A DNA stretch of 63,577 nucleotides from Candidatus Thalassarchaeum betae (GCA_003193925.1 PSPG01000009.1:1-63577), one strand, 5' to 3'; positions 1-10,754 are shown, counted from the stretch's first letter. The notes: generated by a model not told the origin, from the sequence alone. A program made the numbers and translations.

Positions 1-3000
1 CTGCTGTTGACCGGGTAGACCATGATGTCGAGGGTGTCGTTCTTGCCGTCGACATTCAGATCGACCGGCATCGGGCTCAGCCACTCTGCATCGAGGTTGA
101 ACGTCCAGTTGCCCGCCGGCAGGACCATCTGGAACTGCCCGGTGGGTGCTACCTGCCCGCGCCAGCGCACATCGGTGTCGATGTTGTCGGCGGTCACCGT
201 CACCGGCTCCCAGCCACCGTAGGAGGCGTGGTACGGGTTGTCCAGCCTGTTGATGTTGACCTGTCCCTCCACGGCGTAGCCGGGCCTTGCGATCATGGTG
301 ATGTTGTCAACCAGCTCCGAGCCCACCACGGGCCCGTCCTCGGTGACCGTGAACCTCGTGCCGTTGACCATGTTGAGTTGGGCTCCGTGGAGCTGTACGG
401 TCGCATCGACCTCAGCGCCCTCGGGCAGCACGACGCTGAAGCCACCGCTGCCGTTGGTCTCTGATATGATGCTGAAGTCGCCCCAGTGGAACTCGACCGC
501 GACGTAATCCAGTATCTTGCCCTCTTCGGGCTCCATCAGCTGCGACTCGAGGTCCTCTTCGTAGTACACGTTGCCGACTATGAGGTGACTGGTGTGGAAC
601 TCGTAGTCTGCGGTGATGTCCTCATCATCGATTTTAATCTGCTCCCACACCTGGAGTTCCTCCGAGAGTGTGTGATTCATTATCCAGGTCCCATGCACCA
701 GTTCGACCATGTAAATATCAGACTCATTGTCGAATTGCGCCGTGATGGGCTCTCCTGTCCCGTTCTTCAGATGCAGGGTGACATTCAGGTCGGGCACATT
801 GGCGCCGTCGTGTAATAGCCGGAATGTCAGATCAGAGGTCTCGGGCACTGGGGAAGGGAACTCGTAGGCCGAGTCGAATTCCGAGTCGAATACGTAGTCC
901 CTTGACAGTTCTGGGAAGCCGTCGTCGTCGAGGTCGATTTGAGCGGTGTAGTTGCCCGGGATGATTGGCCCGAACTCGAAAGCGCCGTCCTCGTCGGGGA
1001 CTATCAGGCACGGGGCTGTGCCGACCTCGTAGCAGTCGAGGATCGCGTCAGAGGGCTCCGACTCGTAGTGGAGGAGCATGACCACTCCGCCTAACGGCTC
1101 GCCTGAGGTGTTGACCAGCGAGCCGGTGATTGAGCCTCCTGCGATGTCGACAGTGGATACCTCAGGATCGCCTACCAACGGGATTGAGAAGCCGTCGTCC
1201 AGCTCTATGCGTACGCCGTCTTCGAATATGACTGTCAGATCGTACTTGCCCGGCACCGCATCCACGATGTGGAACGTGCCGGGGTGTACCATCGGCCCGC
1301 TGAATATGCCCTCGCCCGAGGCGGAGGAGAAGGTGCCGTTGATGGTGCCGTACGAATCCAGTTCCTCCGTGGTGTCGACGGTGAACACTCCTGAGCCAAC
1401 CAGAGTAGAGTGGCTGAGAGTACGGATGAATGATGATGATCCATCAGATGTGTAGCGTCCAGTGGCGTTCATGGTGCCCTGAAGAAGATAATCGCCACCC
1501 TCTAGAAGACATACGGAGGAATTCACGGGCACAAAGGCATCTGTTAGAGTTGCATTTGCTGTGGAGGCCCCAGTTCCAGAGGTGTTGCCGAACGACACTG
1601 TGATTTCTTCGGCATCGGTGCTTAGATATCCCGTACCGCCATTAGTGATGATGATATCAGAGATTGAGTCGTTTGTGAGAACGACCTCGGCCGTTGCACC
1701 GGACCCGCTGCCCCCTTCGAACGATACAACGGTTGAATTGTTATACCCACTACCGCCGTTTTGGATAGGCATTGAATCGATGCCGTAGTCACAACTGCCG
1801 ATCTCGACATCGTCCGACACGGTGCCAGAGAGCGTCCCACTACCAGAGAACCGGCCATCGCCTGTCAGGCTGTGATTGTTGAACACCGTCTGGGTGTAGT
1901 TGCCAGTGAAGTCGCTGACAGTTACGATGCCCAGCGATGTCACAGTGCCCTCGCCGGTGAAAGTGACCTCGCCTATCCCTTGGAAGGTCAGATCGTAGCC
2001 CTCGACCACGCCGCTGGAGGTATTGACTGTGTAAGGCTCGAGTTGGACCTGGTCCCAAGAGGGGGAGATCTCGATGCTGACATTGGTCACCGGGTCGCCA
2101 TCGAAGAACTCGGCGCCCGACCAGATGAGCTTGCCAGTCGCGTGCGAGGGCGCCACGGAGAGATTCCCGTAAACTATCTCCTCGCCGTTGCTGTGACCGG
2201 CCGAGCTGGACACGTTGATGATGGTCTCGGAGAGCCAGGTCGAGCCCGAGACGTTGGCCAGGATGCCTGTAATCGGGTTGACGACGCGGTTCGTGCTGGT
2301 CTGCTCGAAGATGTCGTTCAAAGTCTGGCCGACGTCGGCTCTCATGATGACCGAGCGAGCCTCGTCGAGGTTGGGCTCGCCGATGAAAGCGGAGACCCTG
2401 AGCTTGCCTGGGGGAACGGTGAACGAGAAGTGCCCGTTCTCGTCAGCGTCGGTGACGCCTATAGGGATCCAATACGTGCGGTCGTCGCCGTCGGCGACGT
2501 GGCCATTCTCGTCAGCGTTCTCCTCGCCGCTGAAAGCATCGCGCTCGATCATGACCCTAGCGTTGGGTACGGGGCCGAAGCCGTCGAGTTCGACGGTGCC
2601 TTCGAGTGTCGCTCCGCTGTAGTACTTCATGATCTTGACCTGGGTGTTGGCCGAGCCGATGGTCGGGTTGGAGCAGTTCTCGTCGACCTTGGAGCCGTTT
2701 TCGAGGAGTTCGCACCTCTCACTGTCATACCAGTTGGAGATGACGAAGTGGTTCATCATGGCCCCGGGCAGGGGCATTGCCGACTCGAGGTAGGAGCCGG
2801 GCGTGCCAGTGGTGTAGAAGTGCGGCGCGGGCTGCTCGGCGTTGCCGGGCAGACCGAGGGTGGAGGTCCCGTAGCCGACGTAGAACCGTGCGACCATCGT
2901 CTCGAAGAAGGCGGGCTGCTGCTGGTAGTCGATGTCGACCAAACGGATGGTTGCGCTTTGGTCGTTTTGTTGGGTGTATTGATTTCGGGTGATGTCGTTG

Positions 3001-6000
3001 AGGTACTCCTGCTCGTACTCCTGCGCGGTGCGCGGGATGATCGGTCCGTCACCCCTCTGGGTGTCGTACACCGAGGTGATGTAATCCTTCATATCAAGTC
3101 CAGCAAGACCGGTCGGAGCGTGGAAGATCCCGGTGGTCTGCCCACGGTGGTACTCGTAGTCGGCGTAGTAAGCGCCGCCGAGCGGGTAGAGTCTGTTGTC
3201 TATGGCGAAGTACCTGATATCGTTGTTCCTCGTGATGGTCTCACCGAGGCTGCCCTCGTAGTTCTGGACGTCGTACTCGAGGTTCGTGATGCCGTGGTAG
3301 ATGTCGGCCAACTCGCTCATGTCGAAGGCGGTGATCAGGAAGGCCCTGCTGAGCGCCAGGCGCGCGTTGCTCCTGTGGAGGCCGGTGGACACGTCGTTGA
3401 AGTCGTCGATCAGGTCGCTGGTGTAGCGGTAGCCGCCGATGACGTAGTGAGTGGCCTCCATATCGAATGGGGATGACTTGAGGCGGGTCGCGTTGAAAAG
3501 TTCCAGAGCCTCTGTCTCGTTTGTGGTCGAGTTACCCATCTGGGTGCCACCGATCATGACGACCCACTCCTCATCGCCCGGTATTCCGTTGGAGTCCAGT
3601 TGGTGTCCGTGTAGCAACTCGACCTCGTTGTCGGTGGCCATGACGGCCATCGAGCGACCTAGGACGAACCCCTCGTCACCCACCCTGATGGAGAGAATGC
3701 TGTCGTACTCTTCGAGCTGTCCCTCGTCCAGGATGGTCGACAGGCTGGCAGCGAACTCGTCGGTGAAGCCACCGCCGTCGTTGTAGCGGCGGTCGCCTTG
3801 GGAGAGCGTGGCTATGAACAGCGCCACGGTGTCCTCCTGCCCCTTGGACAGCAGCATGCCTCCGCTGTTGGGGATCCCGGATTGGAAGTTGTCAGCGACG
3901 GTCGGGTGCTGGCCGGCCGCGAGAGCCTGGAAGCCGTAGTCCCACCAGGAGACGAAGGCGGGTCTCTGGCTGAAGCCAACGTCGGCATCCTGTTTGGATA
4001 GCCAGTCGTAGGCGAGATTCCACGAGCCGCTGTTGAACCCGGGCCCGAAGGTGCCCATGTACCAGAGCTGACCGGACTCTGGATTGTAGTCGGCGCTGTT
4101 GAGGATCGAGAGGCCGAGCGCCTCGAGCCTCATGATGTCCGGGGCGATGTCGTGAATCACCTGGTCGACATCGGTAGCCGAGGCCTCGCCCCGGGGGATC
4201 CCGGAGTCTATGCCGTATGTCGTGTGCTGGGATGCTAACAGCAAGAGGACGAGGAGCAGTGCAGGTACCGCTGAGTGCTTCTTGGTGGCCGGCCAGACGG
4301 ACTTGAGGCGGGTGCGGGGAGTGCCGATTCCCGAGCGTCGCCACTCCTTCGCGAAGCCAGTGAAGTCAGCGCTCTTCCACATCATGGCGATGCCGAGGCC
4401 GCCGACTACGGCCATCGCCGGCGTCGCGTTGAAGATGAATCTGCCAGCGGACCACGCCATGTACGTCGCAATCAGCACCCACAGCCCTAGCAGCAGGCTG
4501 CTCTGGCGCTCGCGCCGGGCCCCCCTCCACATCAGCAAAATCGCGCAGCCTACGGCGATGAGCGCCACTATCGGCCCGTACGAGGCGAACAGGACGCCTC
4601 TGCTGGGGGCCTGAGCCTCGCCGATGGTGGCGAATATCTTGTTCTTGGAGAAGTAGAAGCCGCCGGTGAATAGGATGTCCCAGCCATTGTAGATCTCGAG
4701 CTCCTGCAGCACGAATAGGATAGCCAGTATCCCTCCGATGAGCAGCGTGCCGGCACCGAGGGCGAGCAGCCAGGGCTTGTCTCGGAACGAGGATGAGACC
4801 CAGCCAAGAGCGAGGGTGAATCCGAGGATGTAGAACATCGGCTGGAAGCCGCTCGGGTCGAACAGCAGGTTCAGTCCCGGCCAACTGTAGAACGGCAAGG
4901 GAATCACAAACGCCGTAAGCAGCATCTGCAGCGCCGCCGAAGTGAGTGGCAGGCTGTCTCGGCGGCGGAACATGTTGAGGACTATCTGGCCCGCGAAGGC
5001 GAGGAACAGTATCCCTGGTCCGTAGACGAATCCCTTCCAGCCGAGGGCCACGGTGGCGAACGAGATACCAGATAGGGTCGCGTAGGCCATCGTGCGGGGA
5101 TTCCTGCGCCAAGACTCCCTCATGCCCGCAAGCAGGTACAGCGGGTTGGAGCTGGTTCGAGAGAACATGCGCTCGGTGCCCAAGCCGTCGATGGCCCGCA
5201 CCCAGAAGTAGAATGCGAGCGAGAGGAACAGGAGGGCGAAGGCATCGTGGTCGGCCAGCCCGAAGGTCGAGTGGGAGATGTGGCCCGGCATCAGGGCGAT
5301 GAGCCATGCAGTCACGATTCCCGCCGTGTTGCTGTGGATGTGCCTCGCGATGGCTGCGAGGGGCAGGACGATGAGCGCCCCGAAGATAGCGGGGAACGCC
5401 GCCACACTCCACCAGACCGCTTCGTCAGCTGGCATCTCGAGCAACCAGGACAGTCCCAGGCCGCCCAAGGCCAGCGACCACGAGAACAGAGGCGGTCGGG
5501 GGTTAATCGCTCCCATCGGGTAGGCGCGATCGTGGTCGAAGATGAAGTGGCTGCGCTCGGCGATGATGTAGTCGACGACGCGTTTCATGTACCACGGGTC
5601 GGAGCCTCCGGTCATGTCCCAAAGGCCCGTTCCAGTCGCGTTCATCGCAGGCAGAACGTTCCAGCCGATACGGACCGCTAGGCCGACAAACACGGCGAGT
5701 CCCAGCATGATCCCGTAGGAGTGCCGTCCCCACCACTTGCGCGGCTCGCTCGGCTCGTACCGAGGGGCGATGTCACCGAAGTAGCCTCGGGACGCCAGCA
5801 TGATTCCAGCGACATTCAGCCAGAATGCGATGAAGAGCCACGATAATGTGCCCATCAGGTCGTCGCCATTGAGCAGGTCGGGGAACTCATTGCCGATCTC
5901 GTGAAGGTGCCCGAAGGTGTACAGGATCCAGTTAACAGCGACCAGCGCGCCGATCACATGCCATCGCTCAGCGTGGCAGAACGCAACGAAGAGGATTGCC

Positions 6001-6785
6001 ACGGTGGCAAACAGAGCCCAGACCGAACCCAAGTACCTGTGCTGGGAGAAGGTCTCGATGTCGGAGATCTGCCCCAGCCAGACCAAGGGGATGGCTTGGA
6101 CCACTAAGATCAGTCCGAAGACGATCATCAGCACTCGGCCCGGAGTGTCCGGAAGTCCCTCAAACCAAGATCCGGTCCCGGTCGGGTCGAGTTTGTTCCT
6201 GAGCAGGAGGGCTGTCATCGCACCGGCGACAATCGAGACGGCCCAGAAGGCGAAGAAGACCGATGCGGCGGCTGCCCGCTCGACGTCAATCAGGTCAGTA
6301 GCGTTGCCGGTCCATGTGCTCAGGTCCATCACCGAGTTGGCGGCGTGAGTGACTCCGAAGTGGAATCCCAGCACGGTCGCCAGCAGGATCGTCGACTCCT
6401 CCCTCCGGCCAGACAATACCAGCAAGAGGGTGGCGATTCCGACGAAGGCGAAAGTGAAGGCACCGATGTTGCCGACGGATTCGAACAGGTTGTAGGCTAT
6501 CGAGATGACAGCTGCCGTTGCTACGAATCCGACCGATACAACCGCTACGCGGTACTTGGAGAGTTTTCCGAGGGAGGCAACAGCACCGATTCTGCCCAAA
6601 GCAGCGGCTAGAGCGGCCACGGCGGGGAGAATCAGGATTCGAGCATATCCATCATTTCCCATTGCTCCATTTGCAGCGTAATCGACCCCTAGAAACAGCA
6701 CTAGCAGGCTTGCCAGCACCACCGGGACCGAAGCGAGGCCTGAACTCGAAGGCCCGCTTTCTGATGCACCATTCATTGTGTTCAT
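1..6785 (-). CDS. aglB: Giant AglB/STT3 oligosaccharyltransferase with extra N-terminal membrane region and very long extracellular C-terminus; 3' end lies beyond the window
   Basis: Not in the ORF track because there is no stop in the window. Hand translation at several points gives one consistent minus frame. ATG 6785 follows a GGTGA SD. Motifs: GSDPWY (~5590), ADHD (~5250), TIGE (~4620), SWWDYG (3933-3950), VADNFQ. Confidence 0.92.
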   Translation of the reverse strand, partial: MNTMNGASESGPSSSGLASVPVVLASLLVLFLGVDYAANGAMGNDGYARILILPAVAALAAALGRIGAVASLGKLSKYRVAVVSVGFVATAAVISIAYNLFESVGNIGAFTFAFVGIATLLLVLSGRREESTILLATVLGFHFGVTHAANSVMDLSTWTGNATDLIDVERAAAASVFFAFWAVSIVAGAMTALLLRNKLDPTGTGSWFEGLPDTPGRVLMIVFGLILVVQAIPLVWLGQISDIETFSQHRYLGSVWALFATVAILFVAFCHAERWHVIGALVAVNWILYTFGHLHEIGNEFPDLLNGDDLMGTLSWLFIAFWLNVAGIMLASRGYFGDIAPRYEPSEPRKWWGRHSYGIMLGLAVFVGLAVRIGWNVLPAMNATGTGLWDMTGGSDPWYMKRVVDYIIAERSHFIFDHDRAYPMGAINPRPPLFSWSLALGGLGLSWLLEMPADEAVWWSVAAFPAIFGALIVLPLAAIARHIHSNTAGIVTAWLIALMPGHISHSTFGLADHDAFALLFLSLAFYFWVRAIDGLGTERMFSRTSSNPLYLLAGMRESWRRNPRTMAYATLSGISFATVALGWKGFVYGPGILFLAFAGQIVLNMFRRRDSLPLTSAALQMLLTAFVIPLPFYSWPGLNLLFDPSGFQPMFYILGFTLALGWVSSSFRDKPWLLALGAGTLLIGGILAILFVLQELEIYNGWDILFTGGFYFSKNKIFATIGEAQAPSRGVLFASYGPIVALIAVGCAILLMWRGARRERQSSLLLGLWVLIATYMAWSAGRFIFNATPAMAVVGGLGIAMMWKSADFTGFAKEWRRSGIGTPRTRLKSVWPATKKHSAVPALLLVLLLLASQHTTYGIDSGIPRGEASATDVDQVIHDIAPDIMRLEALGLSILNSADYNPESGQLWYMGTFGPGFNSGSWNLAYDWLSKQDADVGFSQRPAFVSWWDYGFQALAAGQHPTVADNFQSGIPNSGGMLLSKGQEDTVALFIATLSQGDRRYNDGGGFTDEFAASLSTILDEGQLEEYDSILSIRVGDEGFVLGRSMAVMATDNEVELLHGHQLDSNGIPGDEEWVVMIGGTQMGNSTTNETEALELFNATRLKSSPFDMEATHYVIGGYRYTSDLIDDFNDVSTGLHRSNARLALSRAFLITAFDMSELADIYHGITNLEYDVQNYEGSLGETITRNNDIRYFAIDNRLYPLGGAYYADYEYHRGQTTGIFHAPTGLAGLDMKDYITSVYDTQRGDGPIIPRTAQEYEQEYLNDITRNQYTQQNDQSATIRLVDIDYQQQPAFFETMVARFYVGYGTSTLGLPGNAEQPAPHFYTTGTPGSYLESAMPLPGAMMNHFVISNWYDSERCELLENGSKVDENCSNPTIGSANTQVKIMKYYSGATLEGTVELDGFGPVPNARVMIERDAFSGEENADENGHVADGDDRTYWIPIGVTDADENGHFSFTVPPGKLRVSAFIGEPNLDEARSVIMRADVGQTLNDIFEQTSTNRVVNPITGILANVSGSTWLSETIINVSSSAGHSNGEEIVYGNLSVAPSHATGKLIWSGAEFFDGDPVTNVSIEISPSWDQVQLEPYTVNTSSGVVEGYDLTFQGIGEVTFTGEGTVTSLGIVTVSDFTGNYTQTVFNNHSLTGDGRFSGSGTLSGTVSDDVEIGSCDYGIDSMPIQNGGSGYNNSTVVSFEGGSGSGATAEVVLTNDSISDIIITNGGTGYLSTDAEEITVSFGNTSGTGASTANATLTDAFVPVNSSVCLLEGGDYLLQGTMNATGRYTSDGSSSFIRTLSHSTLVGSGVFTVDTTEELDSYGTINGTFSSASGEGIFSGPMVHPGTFHIVDAVPGKYDLTVIFEDGVRIELDDGFSIPLVGDPEVSTVDIAGGSITGSLVNTSGEPLGGVVMLLHYESEPSDAILDCYEVGTAPCLIVPDEDGAFEFGPIIPGNYTAQIDLDDDGFPELSRDYVFDSEFDSAYEFPSPVPETSDLTFRLLHDGANVPDLNVTLHLKNGTGEPITAQFDNESDIYMVELVHGTWIMNHTLSEELQVWEQIKIDDEDITADYEFHTSHLIVGNVYYEEDLESQLMEPEEGKILDYVAVEFHWGDFSIISETNGSGGFSVVLPEGAEVDATVQLHGAQLNMVNGTRFTVTEDGPVVGSELVDNITMIARPGYAVEGQVNINRLDNPYHASYGGWEPVTVTADNIDTDVRWRGQVAPTGQFQMVLPAGNWTFNLDAEWLSPMPVDLNVDGKNDTLDIMVYPVNS

Positions 6786-6840
6786 CACCCATCACCGTCG
6801 TTCAGCCTGAAGGCTCAGCATCGCGCGATTTGACCGGCTG

Positions 6841-6846
6841 TTATAA
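6841..6846 (-). promoter_or_regulatory. Putative TATA box for aglB
   Basis: TTATAA about 56 nt upstream of the ATG, in the AT-rich purD-aglB gap. Confidence 0.45.
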
Positions 6847-6900
6847 CCATTCGGAGAATGGTTGCTGGCCGTGATTCATCAATTCTGAACCCAAAGCGCC

Positions 6901-8169
6901 CTACAGAGCCCGGTAGGCGATATCCGAGCGGAAGTGAGATCCTTCCAACTCAATGCATCTCATGACCTCGTATGCGACTCCGACAGCGCTGCGCAGGTCG
7001 GGAGCGATACCAGTAGCAGCGAGCACCCGGCCTCCGCTGGACACGAGGTTGCCGGAACCGTCGAACATGGTGCCCGCATAGTGAACGAACCCGCTGATCT
7101 CCCCTTCCCCTAGATCGACCTCGCTGCCGGAGATGACGCGCCCGGTCGCCGAGGATGCCGGATAACCCTCGGAAGCGAGGACCACAGTAGCCGCCGAGTG
7201 AGTGTGGAAGTCGACCTCGATCTCGCTGACCCTGCCCTCTGCGCATGCGAGCAGCAACTCCGCGAAATCGCTTGAGATCAGGGGCACGGTGACTTGCGTC
7301 TCCGGGTCCCCGAATCTCACGTTGAACTCTATGACCCTGGGTGCCCCCTCTGAGTCTATCATAAGACCTAGGTACAGACAGCCGCGATACGGAGTCACCT
7401 GATTCCTCAGGTGGTGATGCATCGGTTCGACGATCTCATCGACCACCCTCTGCAGAACCGTCGGGGTTGCGACCGGTGCGGGAGCATAGGCGCCCATGCC
7501 GCCGGTATTAGGTCCGGTGTCGCCTTCGCCGACCCTCTTGTGGTCCTGGCTCGCTGGCAGACAGACGTAGCCGGACTCGTCCATCACCACGAGCACGGAT
7601 GCCTCCTCACCGAAGAGGTGCTCCTCGAGCAGTACGAAACCGTCAGACTCCAGTCCCCGTGCCAGCGCGTCGGCTGCCTGCTGCCTGTCGAGTGTAACTG
7701 TGACTCCCTTGCCGGCCGCGAGCACGTCGCGCTTGACGACCCAGGGGGCCTCGAACAAGTCGAGCGCCGCATCGATCTCGTCGGCCGCCTCGACGACTAT
7801 ACAACCCCCGGTGGGCACGCCTAGGGACTGCATCACCCGCTTGGCGTGCAGCTTCGAGCCCTCGAGCCTGGCACCTTCCGAGTGCGGGCCGAAGCACGCT
7901 ATGCCCTTGGCTCGCAGAGAGTCGGCCAGCCCATCGACGAGTGGTGCCTCGGGGCCTACCACGACCAGTCCGGCGCCCAGTTCCTCAGCTAATGAGGCGA
8001 GCCCGTCGATGTCGCTGGAGGAGACATCGTGGTTGGTGCCGACCATCGCGGTGCCTGCGTTGCCGGGAGCCGTGTGCAGGGATGCGACCGACTCGCTGGC
8101 CGCCAAGCCGATGCCGAGGGCATGCTCGCGCCCACCGCCTCCGACGACCAGTACGGTCATTCCTGTCAT
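6901..8169 (-). CDS. purD: Phosphoribosylamine--glycine ligase
   Basis: GGGGREHAL, VVGPEAPL, LEGSK, QDHKR, GPNTGGMGAY, EFNVRFGDPE, GGRVL motifs. Confidence 0.97.
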   Translation of the reverse strand: MTGMTVLVVGGGGREHALGIGLAASESVASLHTAPGNAGTAMVGTNHDVSSSDIDGLASLAEELGAGLVVVGPEAPLVDGLADSLRAKGIACFGPHSEGARLEGSKLHAKRVMQSLGVPTGGCIVVEAADEIDAALDLFEAPWVVKRDVLAAGKGVTVTLDRQQAADALARGLESDGFVLLEEHLFGEEASVLVVMDESGYVCLPASQDHKRVGEGDTGPNTGGMGAYAPAPVATPTVLQRVVDEIVEPMHHHLRNQVTPYRGCLYLGLMIDSEGAPRVIEFNVRFGDPETQVTVPLISSDFAELLLACAEGRVSEIEVDFHTHSAATVVLASEGYPASSATGRVISGSEVDLGEGEISGFVHYAGTMFDGSGNLVSSGGRVLAATGIAPDLRSAVGVAYEVMRCIELEGSHFRSDIAYRAL

Positions 8170-8223
8170 GAACGTGCGCGGGGGGAGGTAGTCGATAATG
8201 GATTCCAGACCGACGGGGCAGGC

Positions 8224-8904
8224 TCAGTATGGCACGCTCTTGAGCCCGAGCCTGTATCCAAGTATGTTGGTCAGCCTGTGGATCACGGGGGTCAGCACCA
8301 GCAAGGCAACTATCTCCTCGTGCAGTTGCTCGTGGGTGATGATCTGACCATCGAACAGCAGGAATGCGGTGAGGAAGATGGCAACTGCGAAGGGTATGGT
8401 GTCCAGCAGCGGCGCCTCGGAGCTCTCGTCGCCCTCCCTCTTGAGGCCTCGGCGGCGCTTGATGAACGAGCCGGTGGCGTCGCCCAGCATGCAGGCGAGC
8501 CCGAGAACAAAGCCCATCGCGAAGGCGGCACCCCACTCGCCGCCCACCCAGAACCAGTCGTCGGGCCCGGTGAGCAAGGTCGGGTCGACGAACGGGCGGC
8601 CGTCGGGCAGCGTCCGCGCGCCCCACAACCAGTGTGCAAGCATCACCAGCAGGCCGCTGAACACAGCCCCTCCGAACAGCCCGTTCCATGTCTTGCCGTC
8701 CCCGAGCAAGCGGTAGCCGTCGGTCCAATTGCGTCCGCCGTCGATACTCACGCTCTCGAAGTCGAGCTTCTCGGGAATCCACTTCCCGAACAGCATCGCC
8801 CCGGTATTGGCGAGGTACGCCGGGCCGTACATCATAAGGACGGCGAGAATGTTGAGAATGAATCCGGAGGCGTCCGGAGCCGGGAAGGCTGCTGAGACAT
8901 CCAT
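8224..8904 (-). CDS. carS: CDP-archaeol synthase (DUF46)
   Basis: PAYLAN, IDGGR, LGDGKTW, GD..GSFIKRR, PLLD motifs, multi-TM. Start moved to ATG 8904. Confidence 0.9.
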   Translation of the reverse strand: MDVSAAFPAPDASGFILNILAVLMMYGPAYLANTGAMLFGKWIPEKLDFESVSIDGGRNWTDGYRLLGDGKTWNGLFGGAVFSGLLVMLAHWLWGARTLPDGRPFVDPTLLTGPDDWFWVGGEWGAAFAMGFVLGLACMLGDATGSFIKRRRGLKREGDESSEAPLLDTIPFAVAIFLTAFLLFDGQIITHEQLHEEIVALLVLTPVIHRLTNILGYRLGLKSVPY

Positions 8905-8992
8905 GGCCCTCCCACACACGGACAGCGGATGAACCCTATCCGACCATGACGTGCAAAACTATTCATGGCTGCGGGAATCACTGCGACCCAGT

Positions 8993-10750
8993 ATGCAACG
9001 CGCAGCCGTGCTGCAGGCCTCCCTGATGATTTCGGCAATCTTGCTGTCTTCGATTCCAACGGCCTCAGCCGATGGGCCGGATACCGTGATTGAGGCGAAT
9101 GTGACCTGGGCTGGCGACCAGTCGGTCGAGGGCACGGTCAGAATTGTCGGTGGCGGCCATCTCACCGTGGATCAGGCCGATCTCACCATGGCAGATGGGT
9201 CTAGCATCGTCATTGAGGCTGGGGGCATCCTGACACTGAGCCATGCAGGACTTCTCGCAGCCAACCCACCGACAGTGATCGCCAGCATGGGATACTGGGA
9301 CGAGGCGAACCGCTCCGCGTTCAAGGTCCCGGGGGAAGGCATAGACGGCCCGTTCGACGTCACTATGCTGGCGATGAACGGCGACAGCTACTTCGGAGAC
9401 GGCGCCCACATTGGTGGCGAAGCAATCAACCTCGGGACAGAGGATGCGAATGACGGCTCATCCCACACCTTCTCCTTCGAAGACGGAGCCGGGGACGTCT
9501 GGGTGGGACTCACCGGATTCTCGTCGACTTCGGTCACAGTCGCCTCGATCACGATAGTGGTCGAGAACGGAGGGAGCACGACCATCCTGGGCACTGACCT
9601 CGAGTCGGTGAACATGAAGACCGCTGGCGACCCTGGGTTCTCGATACAGGTCGATGGCACTCTGAGCTCAGTCGACTCCACTGTCTCCGGCGGACAGATA
9701 ACTGTCAGCGCCTCGATGAACGCTGACGATTCGACCTTCGACAGGGTGGGGCCCATCCTGCTGGAGGGAAGGGAGGCTGCCATTGACCTGAGGGGAGCCA
9801 CGACGTTCAGCGGCAGCCTCGATGACCACGATGTCAGAGGTGACGCCTACTCCACGATCTACTGGGGGGACGACGTAGCCGGGTCTGGCGGCCTGATCGA
9901 CAGATGGGAGCGCAGAGTCTCGGAGCAGTCGATACAGCTCGATGCGAAGTACGTCATCCTGAGTGTCGGCGGAATCGGTCCGAGCGAGGCGACACATGAG
10001 ATATTCAGCGACGAGAACGGCACCGCTCTAGTCGACGGCGGGCAGGAGAGAGTCGTCGAGATAGGCTACTCGGACGGCACCGTCTGGAGCGAGTCGGCGA
10101 CCATCGAGGTAATCTCCTACGTCACCGCATGGAACCCCGAGTCATCGGGGATCGGCAACTACGGTGGCGGGTCGGTTCCGCTGACCTGGGAGCAGACCAT
10201 CACCATGTCCTCGGGAGTCCCCTACATCGAGTGGGAGTCCCTCGACATCGAGGGCGAGGAAAGCAGCAAGTCGACTTCGCAATCGATGCCGGTCCACGCG
10301 CGCATGGCGAACAGAGGTACGGCCTCGGCGCTGCTGTACTTCACTTGCGATGCCACCGTGGCATCCATAGACGAAGATGGGAACGTCACCGAGACAGTGG
10401 CAGCAGCAGACATAGGCGGCTACCAAGGGGGCCGGATCGAGGCCGGCGAATCGGTCGAGATGCAGTTCGGCTGGAGGGGCTCCGAGGCCGGTCAGGCCTC
10501 CCTCACCTGCCGCATCCTGACCCCCACCCAACTGGTCGACGAGAACGCCTTCGGAGGAGGATCGATGACCACCGGAGTGATGACTTGGACCGAGCCGGTG
10601 GATGAGGACTCGCTCCCTATGCTGCCGCTCCTCGCCGCGCTCGTGGTGGCGATGGTGATCGCTGGTGCCTCTATGCTCAGGCGCGCGTCCGATGCCATCG
10701 TCGAGACCGAGGAAGAGATACTCAGTTACTCGCGGGACGAAGACGCCTAG
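8993..10750 (+). CDS. Hypothetical secreted, C-terminally anchored acidic surface protein (beta-rich, possible CARDB/Ig domain near C-terminus)
   Basis: Signal peptide (..PTASA), beta-strand-rich body, C-terminal TM helix followed by RR. Confidence 0.75.
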   Translation: MQRAAVLQASLMISAILLSSIPTASADGPDTVIEANVTWAGDQSVEGTVRIVGGGHLTVDQADLTMADGSSIVIEAGGILTLSHAGLLAANPPTVIASMGYWDEANRSAFKVPGEGIDGPFDVTMLAMNGDSYFGDGAHIGGEAINLGTEDANDGSSHTFSFEDGAGDVWVGLTGFSSTSVTVASITIVVENGGSTTILGTDLESVNMKTAGDPGFSIQVDGTLSSVDSTVSGGQITVSASMNADDSTFDRVGPILLEGREAAIDLRGATTFSGSLDDHDVRGDAYSTIYWGDDVAGSGGLIDRWERRVSEQSIQLDAKYVILSVGGIGPSEATHEIFSDENGTALVDGGQERVVEIGYSDGTVWSESATIEVISYVTAWNPESSGIGNYGGGSVPLTWEQTITMSSGVPYIEWESLDIEGEESSKSTSQSMPVHARMANRGTASALLYFTCDATVASIDEDGNVTETVAAADIGGYQGGRIEAGESVEMQFGWRGSEAGQASLTCRILTPTQLVDENAFGGGSMTTGVMTWTEPVDEDSLPMLPLLAALVVAMVIAGASMLRRASDAIVETEEEILSYSRDEDA

Positions 10751-10754
10751 AAGA

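Noticed and set aside
22-6874. Many + strand ORFs, including the 534 aa ORF 1872..3476
   Set aside because: They are antisense shadows of aglB. GC-rich codon bias leaves the opposite strand free of stops, and they show no protein motifs.
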